64,000 nt of DNA, from positions 4,154,001 to 4,218,000 of the forward strand of contig CP089274.1 of assembly GCA_023920165.1 (NCBI GenBank). The letters run 5' to 3'. The notes below the pieces were generated by a model. It saw only the letters and a program-made list of their open reading frames with translations, had not been told where the DNA came from and ran no database searches. This stretch comes from Curvularia clavata. Lineage: Eukaryota. Numbering within the stretch: the first letter of the stretch is position 1; the number at the start of each line of letters is the position of its first letter. Shown here in pieces: positions 27,542-41,990 of the stretch. The translations under genes were made by a program, and so were the position numbers.

Positions 27542-28752
27542 GGTAAGGAGAAGAGTAGGGAGCGAGGGAGCGGAAAGTGAGGCGGCGGAGAGGACGGAGA
27601 CGAGGATGGAGAGGGTTGGACGGGCGGTCGGGATACAGTTAAGTAGCCGAGTCGAATCGAGTGCAGTGTCGCGGTGGTGGGGGTGTTGGTGGAGGCGTTG
27701 GTGGTGCAGCGACGTGTATGTCGTTCTGGCGCGGGAGTCAACAAGAGGCGGCGCAGGCTGGTTGGACGGCGGCGGGAGTGCGTGGAAGCGCGACAGCGAG
27801 CGAATGGAGGGCGGCGGGCGAAGACGGGTGCGGGCCAACCAGGAGCAGGCAGCCAAGCGCGAGACAAGCGACGGACTGGCGGCGGTGAGGAGCGGCGCGG
27901 TGGTGGTTTTGGGGGTGGGAGTGAGGCGGAGGGAGTCGGGGGGGAGAGGAGAGGATGAAGGCGAGAGCGGTTGGTGATGTAGTCGTGGTAGTGTGGGTGT
28001 CGTGCGACGGCGGCGGCGGCAAGGGAGCTAGCGACGGAATGGCTGGGCTGCGTGGGCAGCACAAGCACAGGCACAGACAGGCACAGACAGAGAGAGAGAC
28101 GGGCGCGTCGTTGCAGATGACGGGGGATTGCGGGACCCTTTAATAATGGCCGGCGTAGGGCTAGAGCGACGATCGAGGGCCGGCGAGAGCGAGGGCGGGC
28201 GTGCGTCTGAGTGAGAAGATGCGTCCGAGTGCCGTCTGGTTTGTGAGTCTGTGAGCGACAATACGAGCGGGCGGAAATGTTGTTGCGTTGCTGAGGCGCA
28301 GCTGGGGTGCCTGCACAGCCGCTGGTCGTGCCTGCCCTGTCCTGCCCTGCCCTGTCACGCCTGGCAGGAGCGACCGACCAAGGCTGGCCGGTGCCAAGAC
28401 ATGGCGCCTGCCGACGGCTGCGAATCTCCCAACGCCCGTACCACAGTCGTCAACACCACCAAGACACGACGCTGCTCTCTCTCCCCATGCCACGCCTGCA
28501 GACGACTCGACCACCATCACCGCCGCCACCCCGTCCACGCTGCCCCCTCGCTGTGCCTGCTGCCCGCCTTGACACGCCCCCCACTGCCCCAACGGCGGCC
28601 ACCACGCTCCCCTCTCGACACCACTAGCCGGCCCCTCATCCTGCCTCAATTCTCCCACGTCGCACCTTGCTGGCTTCGACCGCTGCACCAAACACGACAC
28701 ACGCACGCACACGCTGATTGCCCGCCCACCAGGCCCTCCGTTGTGCGAGTCC

Positions 28753-31700
28753 ATGGCCCAGGGCACCAGAGGCCCACCACCCGCTACCATGCCCGCCAAC
28801 GGCACCGCGACACACAACCCTGCCCCGACCGCCGTCAACCGCAAGAAGCAGAAGCGCCGCGAGAAGGAGGCTGCAAAGAAGGCCGCCCAGGAACTGCCTG
28901 TGCCTGCCCGGAATGGCGTGTCCCCCGCCCACCAACAGCAGCAGCAACAGTCACCACCGCCGCCACCGCCGCAACAACAACAACAACAACAACAATCCCA
29001 GCAACAGCAACAGCAACAACCACACCAGAAGCAACAGCACCAAGGGCAGCAACAGCAACACGCTCACCCAGAGCTCGACGAGCCACGGTACGATGAGGGC
29101 GCCTACTACTCGGACGAGGAGTACGAGCACGCATACGCCCCCAACGGCGACTACCAGCAGTCCTACAACCACGCTCCGGTGCGCGGCAGCTCGGGCAAGA
29201 AGTCGCGGCGGAAGAAGAAGACGACGGCCTCGGCGCCCCCGCCGCTCGCCTACTCGCAGCACCTTTCCTCGCGCCAGCCCCCCGCCCAGCAATCGCACTC
29301 GGTCGCCCGCTCCGCTTCCAGCAAGGACCGCATATGGAACACGTCGACGGCCGAGGAGCGCGAGCGCATACGCGACTTCTGGCTCTCGCTCGGCGAGGAC
29401 GAGCGCAAGTCGCTGGTCAAGATTGAGAAGGAGGCTGTCTTGCGCAAGATGAAGGAGCAGCAGAAGCACTCGTGCAGCTGCACCGTCTGCGGTCGCAAGC
29501 GCACCGCCATCGAGGAGGAGCTGGAGGTTCTGTATGATGCATACTACGAAGAACTCGAGCAGTACGCACACCTCCAGCAAGACGTCTCTAGTTTCATTCC
29601 CGAGGCTAATTATCGCTATGCGTCCAGTGCTCCTCATCCGCGCCCCATGCTCAATGCCCCGCAGTCCCACGGCCCCTACGACGACGACGAGGAAGAGTAC
29701 GACTCGGGCGAGGAAGACGACGAAGAAGACTCGGATTATGACAGCGAAATCTCCTCCGAAGGCGACTACAGCTCCGGCGAACCCAGTCTGCCGCCCCCCG
29801 AACCCTCCGACTTCCTCCAGTTTGGCAGCAGTTTACAGGTCAAAGGTATGCACATATACCTACATATACGCTTTTCGTTGCTGGGGAACAGGCTGATTCT
29901 TGCTTCTAGGTGGCATACTGACAGTTGCTGACGATTTGCTCAAGAACGACGGGAAAAAATTCATCGAGATGATGGAGCAACTCGCCGAGCGCAGAATGCA
30001 GCGCGAGGAGGAGGCCCAGTTCTCGGCGCATCCAAACATGCAGCATCGCTCCTACGCCGGTCACAGTCACAATGCGCCGCCGCCCGACGACGACGATTAC
30101 GACGACGAGGGCGAAGACGACGAGGAATACGACGATGACGAGTATGATGAGGATGAGGACGACGAGGAAGTGCGTATTTCATGTGCCGCACTATCTACTT
30201 GCAAACTAATCCACCCCAGGGTACCATGACCGAGGAGCAGCGCATGGAGGAGGGTCGGCGTATGTTTCAAATATTTGCAGCGCGCATGTTTGAACAGCGA
30301 GTACTCCAAGCGTATCGAGAAAAAGTAGCTGCAGAGCGCCAACAGCGGCTGCTCGAAGAGCTGGCAGAAGAAGACATACGGAAAGACGCAAAGGAGGCGA
30401 AAAAGGCAAAGGAGGCTCAAAAGCGAAAGGAGAAAAAGGACAAGCAGCGGCAGCAAAAGGCAGAGGAAAAGGCTCGCAAAGAGGCAGAACTCGCAGCAAA
30501 GGAGGCCGAGGCCAAGGCTGCAGAGGAAAAGCGCCTGGAAGAACAACGCAAGAAGCGAGAGGAACAGCGCAAGAAAAAAGAGGCTGAACGCAAGGCTCAA
30601 GAGGAGGAGAAGCAGCGCAAAGAGGCCGAGCGCCTGAAACGGCAGCAGGAAGAGCGCGAGCGACAGCAGGAAGCCGAAAGGAAAGCACGCGAGCAAAAAG
30701 CTCTAGAGAAAAAGGCCAAGGACGAAGCCAAGCGCAAGGAACGAGAGGAACGCGAAGCCAAAGAGAAGGAAGCAAGGGAGAAGAAGGCACAGGAGGAAAA
30801 GGAGCGCAAAGAGCGAGAATCAAAAGCAAAGGCTGAGAACAAGGACCGCCCACGCAAGGAGGATCAAGCTGCCGTTGCAGCCGCTCACAACGCTGTTGCG
30901 GGCGCCAAAAAGCCCTCACAGCCGGTGGCTGTCGCCCTGCCGCCCCAACTGCTCAAGCAGACCTCGTCTACAGGAACGCCCTCGCCCCATGTGACGCCGG
31001 CTATCCCCAAAGCCCCTACTCCGAATCGGCAGCGGCAAACATCGCAGCAGAATTCGCATGGCTCTTCGCCCAAGACACCTCACGCCACGTTGGCGACGAG
31101 CAAGTCAACATCGCCTTCCTCGCAATCGCACGCACAGTCGATGCCACGCTCGATCCTAACAAAGCCACCTGTTCCACAGCAAGCCATGTCTGCGCCACAC
31201 GGCCAGCCATCGTCACCGATGCCCCCCATGGGACCACCGCCAGGCATGCCAGGACCGCCGGGATTGGGTATGGCTAATATGCCTCCAGGATTGAACGGCT
31301 TTGCCAACCAAGCATCCATGATGCCTGGAATGATGGGACCACGCCCAAGCATGCCCTTCTTTCCACAACCGACTCCGCAAAGCTTTCGTGGATTCCCCCC
31401 ACCAGGTATGCACACACCAGGCACGCTACCCATGAGTCGAGGATTCCCAATGGAAGGACCACCTGGCTTCGCCGCGCCCCCTGGATTCACTGCACCGATG
31501 CCATCTGCATTCCCCATGAGTATGCCATCACACTCCCGACAGGGCTCTGGATCGTTTGAGCGACTGTCTAATGTGGAAAGCCCTATTGCTGCTCCCCAAG
31601 CACAGCCGATTCAGCGTCCAGCCCCTATCCAGAGACCTTCGAGCGTTAAACCAGGAGACGACCCGAGAGGATCTGATATTGACGATCTCGCGAGCCATCT

Positions 31701-32349
31701 TGGAAGCAAAGCCCTATTGGACGATGAAGACGACATGCCTGAGTTACCTGACCGACGACCTAGCTTGCAGCAGCATGGATCTGTGAGAGCCCCGTCGTTT
31801 GGATTTGCAGATATGCCAGGTTCGCAGTATGGTTCGTTTGGTGCGCCAGGCGGAGGAAGTATCTGGGGAACACCGCCTTTGCAGGGCTTCAATTCTGGTG
31901 CTACCTGGGGCCACTCGCCAACGTCCAACATCTTCAACAGTCCCTTCTCGACTCGCGGCCATGAGCGTAGCCCTAACGAGCAGCGCATTGTCTGGCTCCG
32001 CCGCACCATCTGCGCTGCTTGCAAGACACTAGCTCCTCGCTCAGATGCGGAGGGCTATGTCGACGCCTCCGAAGTGCATCGACACGTTGATGCATCGCGA
32101 AACGCGCTCGAACCTGCCGTGTCCATGGAGGAGATGAAGGAAGCTTGCGACATCCTGGACGTGACACAAACCAACGGCGGTGGTAGCCTCGAGTACAAGG
32201 AGGACAATGGTCGACTGTCGCACATCAAATTCAGTGACAGCGCTCCCGCTCCTCCACCTCTGGGTGAGATTGGCAGTCCCGTCCCGAGTCACAGCGTGTT
32301 GGCTGGCGGCTTTGGAAGGTTTCCTGGGCTTGGCCCACAAGGCTTTTGA
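28753..32349 (+). CDS. NST1: Stress response protein Nst1, 3 exons
   Basis: NST1 domain [21 protein letters not shown]...[31 protein letters not shown], then [45 protein letters not shown] and a long E/K/R coiled coil. Introns 29846-29909 and 30170-30219. The start could be the Met at 28789. Confidence 0.93.
28933..29059 (+). repeat. CAA/CAG poly-glutamine microsatellite in NST1
   Basis: (CAA)n/(CAG)n runs encoding [22 protein letters not shown]. Confidence 0.9.
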
Positions 32350-33191
32350 GAGCATATTGGCCTCACTCATTTCCATGTCCTTGTCTGGCAACTGTGCTAT
32401 CCTTGATTCGGCTCACAGTGCCATGTCTATTCTGGACTTTGTTCGATTCTTTAGATAATCCAGTCGTGCCTTACCCTAGCAGCGGAGGCAATCTACTTCA
32501 CTTATCTTGTGCCGAACCAATTTGACTCGACTCTTTACGCGCCATCATGTGATGTTTGTACCGTGTCTAACAGGCTGATGGAAAAGAAAAGCACGGCAAA
32601 TTACAAGACTAATGCGTTGGCGGGTAGCATCGGACGGCTCCACTCGAAACAGTGGTATGGAAAATGCGCGCGTTGTGGCAGTGTGGTAAGAGGAGCGGTC
32701 AAGCTCTCCGCCCCTCTTGACAACCCCGCAGTCGCGACATTGGCCGCCGCCTTTAAGTAGCTGCAGCAAAAAAGCAAGGTTAGTCAAAATCCAGTCCAAC
32801 CGACGGTGAACAATCTCGTGCTTTGGTGTCGACTAGTGATTTGGCCGAGCAAAAACTCTGGTACCTAGGGTGAGCTTTTGCAGCTAAGAATAGATTGAAG
32901 CTGATGGGGCGGGCGGTGGTGGTTAGCCAGGTACGAGGTGCAACGTCATCCAAGGCGGAAAGTAGCTGCCCTGCAGCATCCCTGCTAGCTGCGTGGGCGG
33001 GGTCCTACTTGCATGTCGGAGGACAACCACTGCTGGTCCTCAATAGCCACCCTCCCCCCACCCTCCCACGCTCAAAGCTGATTAACTAGCAGTCTGACAT
33101 CCTTTTCTTCTGTGTGTTCCCGTCTATTCTTCATCCCTTGATCAACACTCTTTGCTCCCCCCTCTTGGAAGAACCCATCAAACAACCCATC

Positions 33192-35120
33192 ATGTCTGAC
33201 CCAATCGCCGAGGCTGCACAGAAGCACCCTGCGCCTGAAGGACTCGTGTACACATACGGCACTGCTGGAGTAAGACCTGATGAGACGAGAGTACAAGAAC
33301 TAAGCTGATTGAGTACCCCTAGTTCCGAACAAAAGCGTACGAATCCCCAAGTTGCGGACTCGAGTCTGCTCGCACCCCGCCAATCCCCACACTGCGAACC
33401 CTGAGCACTCGGCTGACCATCATAGCGATGTCCTCGATTCTGTCTTGACCCGCGTTGGTATGATCGCAGCCCTTCGGTCGCGGGCACTCAAAGGAAAATG
33501 GATTGGAGTCATGATCACAGCCTCCCACAACCCACCTCAGGACAACGGCGTTAAGCTTGTTGAGCCAATGGTATGCTCCAGACGAAAACAATGACAATGG
33601 CAATGACTGACTTGAGACAGGGCAACATGCTGCAGGTATGTCTAGAATCTGCTTCCCATCCCACCCGCAATTGATTACAGACAACCTAACAAGCATAAAG
33701 GAGGATTGGGAGGTTATTAGCACCGAGATGGCCAACAAGGCCACGCCCGAAGATGTCTCCAAATACTACCAAGAGATTGCCGCCCAGCAAAAGATTGACC
33801 TGAGCACCCCCGCTCGCGTCGTCGTAGCTCGAGACACCAGGGCGTCTGGTTCAAGACTACTTGCATGCCTTGTGGATGGTCTGAACGGTGCTGGCGCTGA
33901 GATCAAGGACTACGGCTTTTTGACCACACCCCAACTGCACTACATGGTTCGTTGCCTCAACACTGAAGGCACACCGGATGCCTATGGCGAGCCCACTGAG
34001 AAAGGTTACTACGAGAAGTTTGGCACAGCCTTCAAGACGGCTCTGCGCGGAAAGAAGCCTTCGGGTAGCCTGACTGTCGATTGCGCCAACGGTGTTGGTG
34101 GGCCAAAGTTGAATGAGCTCATCAAGCATTTGCCATCCAAGGACGAGGGAGGTCTCGAGATTTTCGTTATCAACGACAATGTCATCAAGCCCGAAAGCTT
34201 GAATGTCGACGTAAGTTTTAACTCCTTTTGAATGCTACTTGGGCTAATCACCAGTAAAGTGCGGCGCGGACTTTGTCAAGACCAACCAGCGAGCACCCCC
34301 ATCATCAAAGGCCGGCCCTGGTGACCGATGCTGCTCGCTTGACGGCGATGCTGACCGTGTAGTCTACTACTTCAAGGATGACAAGAACGTGTTCCGCCTG
34401 CTTGATGGAGACCGTATCGCTACTCTGGTTGCTTCCTTCCTGGGCGACACGGTGCGTCAGAGCGGACTTGCCGAAAAGCTTACTATCGGAGTTGTCCAGA
34501 CGGCCTACGCAAACGGCGCCGCCACAAAGTACGTCGAGGAGACACTGAAGCTCAAGGTCGACTGCACGCCTACTGGTGTCAAGTACCTCCACCATGCAGC
34601 CGAAAAGCTCGATATTGGTGTCTACTTTGAGGCCAATGGCCACGGTACGGTCATTTTCTCTGCTGATACGCTCGATACGATTGCCAAACACGAACCTCGC
34701 AACCCGGGTGAGAAGGAGGCTCTTGACGTGCTTCGCGCGTGCATCAACCTCATCAACCAGTCAGTTGGCGATGCGCTTTCTGACTTCCTCCTCGTGGAGG
34801 TTGTCCTTGCACACAAGCAGTGGGGTCCGCAAGAGTGGCTCTCGACATACAGCGACTTGCCCAACCGCCTTCTCAAGGTACAAGTGCAGGACCGCAGGAT
34901 CTTCAAGACGACCGACGCAGAGCGAAAACTTACATCACCCGAAGGTCTTCAGGCACTGATAGACAAGGAGGTTCAGAAGGTGCGCCAGGGCCGCTCATTT
35001 GCTCGTGCCAGTGGTACTGAGGACGCTGTCCGTGTGTACGCAGAGGCCGAGACCCGGGCCGAAGCTGACGATTTGGCGAGAAAGGTCCACGATCTTGTCA
35101 AGGCGGCCGGTGGCGCTTAG
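33192..35120 (+). CDS. PCM1: Phosphoacetylglucosamine mutase, 6 exons
   Basis: YGTAG/FRTKA/DVL...[30 protein letters not shown], then [30 protein letters not shown] and [15 protein letters not shown]. Confidence 0.96.
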
Positions 35121-36836
35121 AAGACGTCATGTGTATCTGGTATTCTGGGTCATTTGGGCCAGGAAAATCTGTTTGACGGCATCATTAGTCAAGGGGATGG
35201 GGTCCATGAGGAAAACTTGGGAGAGAGTTTCAGTATGGACGATTTGTTTGCAAGCGATAAAAGTTTTAGGAGGAATGACAGTGCACAAAGTCTGTTGCAA
35301 ATGGGCGAGAACTTTATTTTATTCCCTTCGCCTCGGGACGGAGATGCGTCATAGACGTTGTGCTAGATCAAGGTCATGGTGCTAGTCGTATGAAGAAATC
35401 CTTCTCAAAAATATACAAGGCTCCGTCATTATTAATGTGGTACACAGCTACGTGAGATGTTCTTGGTGTCGAACTATGAGAGTTCTCCGGTCTCCATTGC
35501 GTCCGCTACGTTGTACATCTGGTGCAGTCGCTGAAGTATCGCAATCATCCCTTCGTGCAATGATTTGGTAGGCCTCGAAGGAATTTACCGTTTAGGAGGA
35601 AGTGCCAAGGCGGAAGACCCATTCGGGAAATAGCTGGGAGAGAACAAAGACTACTCCACTTCCACCAGCTGGCATTCACGCACCGTTGTTTGATCGCGGA
35701 AATCGCCATACCCGCACTCCCGAGAGACTAGTCATGGATCAAGTCATCTCCAGAACAGATAGTGTGTTCTACATGACACAAGCCTCTTGTCGCAAATGAG
35801 CAAAGGGTCTCTACATGTTTCAATGCTAGCTTCGATTCCAACACGATTGAAAAAAAAACAAAGAAAGTGCTTACAGCCTCAAGCATCATTTTCTGCGTGA
35901 CAACAGTCGAACTACTCCTCGTTATCCATGTGGATTCTTCGTGTCCATGGCAAATCGGAAGACTCGGCGTGGCCGTGTCCAATTAAAGATGCAGCGCCAC
36001 GTGCACACGAAACCCCCTCTCCAAGCATGAACAAAGTGGTCATTGTGCTGTCGTCTGAAACGCGCAACTAGCAAACGGCAACCTCATTTGGACTAAATCC
36101 CAGCAGTGGACACGAGAAATGGTATCATCTCGGCTGTAGGAAGCTCCATCTCCGACTGATAAACCACCGCGACTGTGCCGCAGCCGAGTGGCGGTGCAAA
36201 AGAGAGCGGCGGTCGTTTCTCCGCAAAAAAGAACGCGAGAGCCTCCAGGTTACGGGTCGATCCTTTTCTCCTGTTGAGTGGACGGTCCAAGGCGCTTGCA
36301 GCTCCGTCCAAGCCGGTAGTCCAGGGCCTGGAACCCAAAAATAAAAAAAATTATGGACAGCCTTGCCTTGGCTTGCCGCGCACCCTTTTCCTCGACGGCG
36401 TCAAACGGCAGCGCTCAGCCAACGAATCGGCGGGCGTGCCTGGACGTGTGACAGGGATGCTGGATACAAGGGGGGCTAATCGTCATCCTAGGGCGACAGG
36501 CAAGACAGCGACGATCGCAACATTTCACTCAACGGCCTTGCGACACACGACTAACACGACACAACGTAGCACACACTCTCTTTCCTATCTCTCGTTCTCT
36601 TTTCCATACTCACAATCGCTTCACAACTTGCTCTTTCGCCTCACAAAGAGCACAGTATTCCTACGATTAGCCACATCTGCGCTGTATAAGGCGATCGTCG
36701 GCGGCGAAAGACATGCGCTGAACAGCCTCCCACTCTCTCGCTCGAGACTTACTAGGCCTGCAGTAGAGTCGAACTACACATGTCCAACTAGACATCCCTC
36801 GCTACATAGACCCACGAAAACACACTTACAATCATT

Positions 36837-39800
36837 ATGGCATTCCTTCTCTCCAGTATGCTGCTCCGGCGGGACCTGAGCGTGGAGGAGAAGTTTGAAC
36901 AGTTGATGGAGAACAATCCGCTGGGCGCTCAAGTACGTCTACATACCTAGTCAACTCCTACCAGAGACATTCTGACAGCACCAGGTATCGCAAGATTCGG
37001 TTCTTGTCGCCATAGGCACCTCCTTCGGCATGACGGCCGCCATTTTCCTTGCCTTTCTCATACTACGACCTTTTAATACCATCGTTTACGCACCCCGCCT
37101 CCGTCACACAGACGAAAAGCACAAACCGCCGCCCCTAGATAAGAGCATCTTCGCATGGTACAAGCCAGTGTTCAAAACCAACGAGCCCGAATACGTGGAT
37201 AAGATTGGCATGGATGCGACGCTGTTTCTGCGCTTCGCCCGCATGTGCAGGAACATGTTCGTTGTCCTTGCTGTTCTGGGCTGCGCCATCATAGTTCCCG
37301 TCAATGTCGCCAGTTCAGTGCCGGGTCAGAAGAAGGTTGATGGCGACCTCAGTTCCAAGATCATCTTCCTCATGACGCCTAGAGACCTGGCTGGTCAGGT
37401 CTTTTGGGCTTTCGTTGCGTTCGCTTACATCCTGGATATTACTGTGTGCGGATTTCTCTGGTGGACATATCGCGCGGTACACCGGCTAAGACGCCAATAT
37501 CTCGAGAGCCCGGAGTACCAGAACAGTCTCCATTCCCGGACCCTGATGATTACCGATATTAACCGCAGTTCCCGCAGCGACCAGGGCATAATTGAAATTG
37601 TCGACACGCTGAAGACCACACCCGAAGTACCTCGCGTATCCATTGGACGAAACGTAAAGGATGTTCCCGATTTGATTGAGGAGCATGAGGAGGCGGTTGT
37701 GGAATTGGAAAACGTCCTTGCAAAGTATCTGAAGAACCCAAATCAGCTGCCAGCCGAGCGTCCCCTGTGCACCCCACACAAGAAAGATCCAGAGTTCACG
37801 GGCCGGAAACAGAAGGTGGACGCTATCGATTACCTCACTGCTCGCATCCAGCGACTCGAGGCCCAGATCAAGGAGGTTCGAGAATCCATCGACAAGCGTG
37901 ACGCGCTTCCATATGGTTTTGCTAGTTACGAGAGCATTACTTCGGCGCACACGGTGGCATTCAATGCTCGCAGCAAGCATGTCAAGGGCACCACCGTCCG
38001 ACTTGCGCCCAAGCCAAAGGACATTATCTGGAAGAACTTGACCTTGGATGCGAAAACTAGGCGGTGGCGCAAGACTGTGAACAATTTCTGGATCACGCTC
38101 TTGACGCTGCTCTACTTCATTCCCAACGCCCTTATCGCCGTCTTTCTGTCCAAGCTCTCCAACCTGGGTTTCGTATGGCCGAGATTCCAGACTGAGTTGG
38201 CCAGACACGCCGACTTTTGGGCCGTAGTACAAGGTCTGCTGGCCCCAGCTCTGACCTCTCTGTTCTACTACTTCCTGCCCATCATCTTTCGCCGCCTCTC
38301 CATCAAGTCCGGAGACCAAACCAAGACGAGCCGTGAACGCCACGTGACTGCCCAATTGTACGCCTTCTTCGTCTTCAACAACCTGTTTGTGTTTTCGCTC
38401 TTCAGTGCCGTCTTTGGCATGATTGTCATGATCATCAACCTCTCAACTCAACAGAATGTGCCGTTTATGGATATCATGCGGTCCATTGCTTTCTTCGACA
38501 CTACTATGCGTACGCTGTGCGAAGTGTCGCCTTTCTGGGTTACATGGCTTGTGCAGCGTAATTTGGGTGCGGCTATTGATCTGGCGCAGGCTGTCAACTT
38601 GGCCTGGGGCAGTTTCTCGCGCAAGTTCCTGAATCCAACACCCAGAGATTTGATCAATCGGACGGCACCGCCGCCATTTGATTATGCGAGCTACTACAAC
38701 TACTTTTTGTTTTACTCTACGGTTGCTTTTTGCTTTGCGCCACTTCAGCCGGTTACGCTGGTTATTGTGGCTATCTATTTTACGCTGGACAGCTGGATGA
38801 AGAAGTATCTTTTGATGTGAGTATTGCCGTGTTCTTCAACTTGATGAGTTTCTGACAATTGTAGGTACGTCTTCTGCACAAAGAACGAATCAGGCGGTGC
38901 ATTCTGGCGAGTCCTCTTCAACCGCATGCTTGTTGGCGCTTTCCTTTCCAACTGCATCGTCGCACTCCTGGTGACCGCTCGTGGAGCCCAGTTCAAGTGG
39001 CAGATGCTCGCCGCCTTGATACCCCTTCCGCTCGGCTTGATTGGCTTCAAGTTTTATTGCAAAAGTACATTCGACAACTCACTCAAGTACTACACTCGGG
39101 GCGAGAGCAAAAAGGGCGTTGAGGCCCCTACGCCAATCGACAAGGAATCGAGGAGGAGGGACCGCGTTGCTGTGAGGTTCGGGTACGTCACTTTCTCTGA
39201 CAAAACTGCCACCCGGCTTCGAAGATTTATACTAATGTTTTTCCAGCCACCCAGCTCTCTACCAAAAGCTCACCGTCCCCATGGTTAACGAAAAATCCAA
39301 ACACCTCCTCGCCGAAGTCTATCGCGGGCGTCTCGACGGCGACATTGGCGACACCGCCGCCTTCAGCGACGTCTACACCATGAAGCGCATGTCCAAGGAA
39401 AACCCAGGTAAAATCGCTTCCTCAGCAGCTCCCCCAGCCCCCTTTGAATTCGTCTCCGAATCAAACATGGACTTTGAAAACTACAAAAACCGCCCTGAAT
39501 TCAGCGACGAACACGGCGGCGAGGGCTCCGTCTACGGCGGCGACGCCGCCCACAGCAGCATCCACCGACCCGACACACCCAACTCCTCGTGGCGCGGCCG
39601 CTCTGTATCCCGCGACTCGGAGCGCACAGTTGGTCCCACGGACGAAGCCGGCGTCTTATACCCGGCTGGATACCATCAGACGCCTTCTGCGCTCCGCGAA
39701 TACAGTCCCAGTCCCGATCGCGGTATCCAGCGGCTGGATAGCAGGGAGTCGCCCTATGAGATTCACGATGATGACGGAAGGAGGAATCTTGTCCATGGGG

Positions 39801-39913
39801 CTGCGCCCATGGGTGCCACGTCAATGACGACGAGCATTACGGGGGGTGCACAGCAGTATACGCCGTATAGTCCGAGCAGGGACGGGGCGCAGAAGGATTA
39901 TTTTGCGAGGTGA
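36837..39913 (+). CDS. CSC1/OSCA1-type (DUF221, RSN1/PHM7-like) calcium-permeable stress-gated channel, 4 exons
   Basis: LRP...VYAPRL, GMDATLFLRF, SRTLMI, APKPKDIIWKNL, multiple transmembrane helices, KYLLM/YVF and NESGGAFW. Confidence 0.92.
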
Positions 39914-40558
39914 TGGGAAGGAGAGATAGATTTGGAATATTCAATTGAAACGAATTTCTTTTGTCTTTTTCGAATGTGCGCTGATTTGGTTGTGAATGTG
40001 GTATGCTGTGTCGTTTTGAAATTGGTGGTGGTGCGGGTATTACCCGAACAATTGCTGTGTAGATCTCAAGCGTGCTCCATAAGACTGCTAATAGGTTTTA
40101 GGTTATAGGAGATTGATAACTTGGTTGTCCAGCTTTGTAGAAAAAAGAACCTAGGAGGGAGGTAGGGAGCGCAGAGGATTCAAATCGGGGGAGGGTTACT
40201 TAATTTCTAGGTTTTTTGGTTTTTGCTTCCAAAGGGAGCTTTTTTTTTGTTTCTTTTTGTTTTTTTTGGTGAAGCGAGATAGGTATGCAGAACTAGTAAG
40301 CAAAGAAGAGGAGTTTGAACATGGGAAATGCAAGAGTACAAGAGTCGATTAAGCTATTAGAGAGGAGGAAATCTAGCTAAAACATGTGTGGAAAAAGAGA
40401 TATATATTGCAGAATAATAGTAGGTAACTACAGCTAACTAATAATTGAAGTAAGACATATGAATTAAGCTACTGTTACGAAGAAAAAGCAGGGTATCTGT
40501 ACGAAACCCACGCAGACACATTAAAGAGACCTCTAGACCTCTTCAACACCGCGCTTTC

Positions 40559-41990
40559 TTATATGGTAAATAGCCTGGTGCCTGGAGCGAGGCATCTTTT
40601 CTCATAATCATAAGGGAATGTCATGCATAACTCCTTCCAAATTCTACTTTCCATGCGATCCTCTGCTTCTGTCTCCCATAATGGGTCATTCTCTAGTTGC
40701 TGCAGCCACGAGCGCCTAATTTCCCTTTGCTGTTCATAGCTACTATGGTTCCACTCCTCACGTATCTCTCTACGCAGTTCATCATTCTTATTATGTTTTT
40801 TTCGTCAGCGTGGTAGCGTGCTGCTCAAACTCGGCTTTGATGTCATCCGGAAGCCACTTGTAGGCTTCAACTTGGTTCCAATCTTGATGGTCCTTCGGTA
40901 CGTTGTGCATCACTGCCTCATGTAGCGCACACTCGCCTGCGCTCTGAAAGCTTACGTTGCAGTTTTGATTTGTACATGGGAAGGTTTCGCCTTTGTCGCT
41001 GTTGGAGAAACGGCGGTATAGGAACTCTACCATGGTAAACCATAGTCCGTGTCTTTCCAGATTAAGACGCGACATGTTGTATGAGCATTTGTAAATTCGT
41101 CCTATAGGGCCTGAAAAGGTTTTTGTTGGCGCAAAGACTATCTTCCAGTTTTGGTGGAACTTTGTCTTCTCCCATGAATCGTCTGGACGCGGTTGGTAGA
41201 GTGCTCTTTGCCACTTGGGAAAAGACGCGTAAATGGCATCAATGCCTGGTGAGGAAATGTCGACTAGCTCATCGGCTAGCTCAGGTACAAGCGCAGACGA
41301 CATGATCCCAGGGGGCGATGCTCGAATTAGAACTTGCGTTGCTTGTGGCACAGAATGCGTTCCGATTCTTCTGGAGGGGGGTATTAGACTCCGGTTAATA
41401 ACCACCCTTTTCACTCTCGGACACACCGCTTGTAAAACAGCCCAGAAACTCGCAATACTATCTTGCCGAGCCTCTATTTTCTGACCAGATTTCATGAGGC
41501 AGATTTTGTTATCTAATACTCGATCAAAGTCAATCTGTACATTCTGCACGTTTGCCAGAAAACCGAGATCGTCCAACGTGTAACCAGTGTGTGCACCTTG
41601 AAGTAGCCAGAATGCCCCGATTGCAAAGTAAGCGTCTGGATGCGCCCAGAAAAGTTTGCTTGCTTCTTTGCGGAGAAAGGACGATACTCGCATAAGTTGA
41701 AAGAGAGTAGGGCCAGAACAAAACGAGAGAATGTGGAGCTGGATCTCGGCTGGGAGGGTGGCGAAATCTAGACTTGGGCTGGTTTGGCACGGAGAATTCG
41801 GAGTGGTGACGCTGGGTTGAATGTAGAGAGAAAATGGCGTACGCTCTTCACCCCCACCTGTCAAGTAGAGCTTACGTTGCAAAGGGTTCGATGAGGCTGG
41901 TTGAGCGACTAATGCGAGGAAATTGCAGGCATAAACATAGGCAAATCTACCCTTGCGTATGAACACAGTGAAGGGGTAATTGTTAAACAT
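40559..41990 (-). CDS. F-box-like hypothetical protein with a C2H2-like motif; apparent +1 frameshift in an A7 run near the C-terminus
   Basis: FATLPAEIQLHILSFC...LFQLMRVS is F-box-like; FPCTNQNCNVSFQSAGECALHEAVMH is C2H2-like. The ORF stops at 40791, but a coding-like frame continues to TAA at 40559. Confidence 0.65.

Noticed and set aside
27143..28844. Many overlapping ORFs between RHO2 and NST1
   Set aside because: This is a GC-rich divergent promoter/5'UTR region; stop-poor composition explains the ORFs.
36175..36879. 234-aa GTG-started ORF upstream of the CSC1 gene
   Set aside because: It overlaps the promoter/5'UTR, is out of frame with the channel ATG and has no protein-like motifs.
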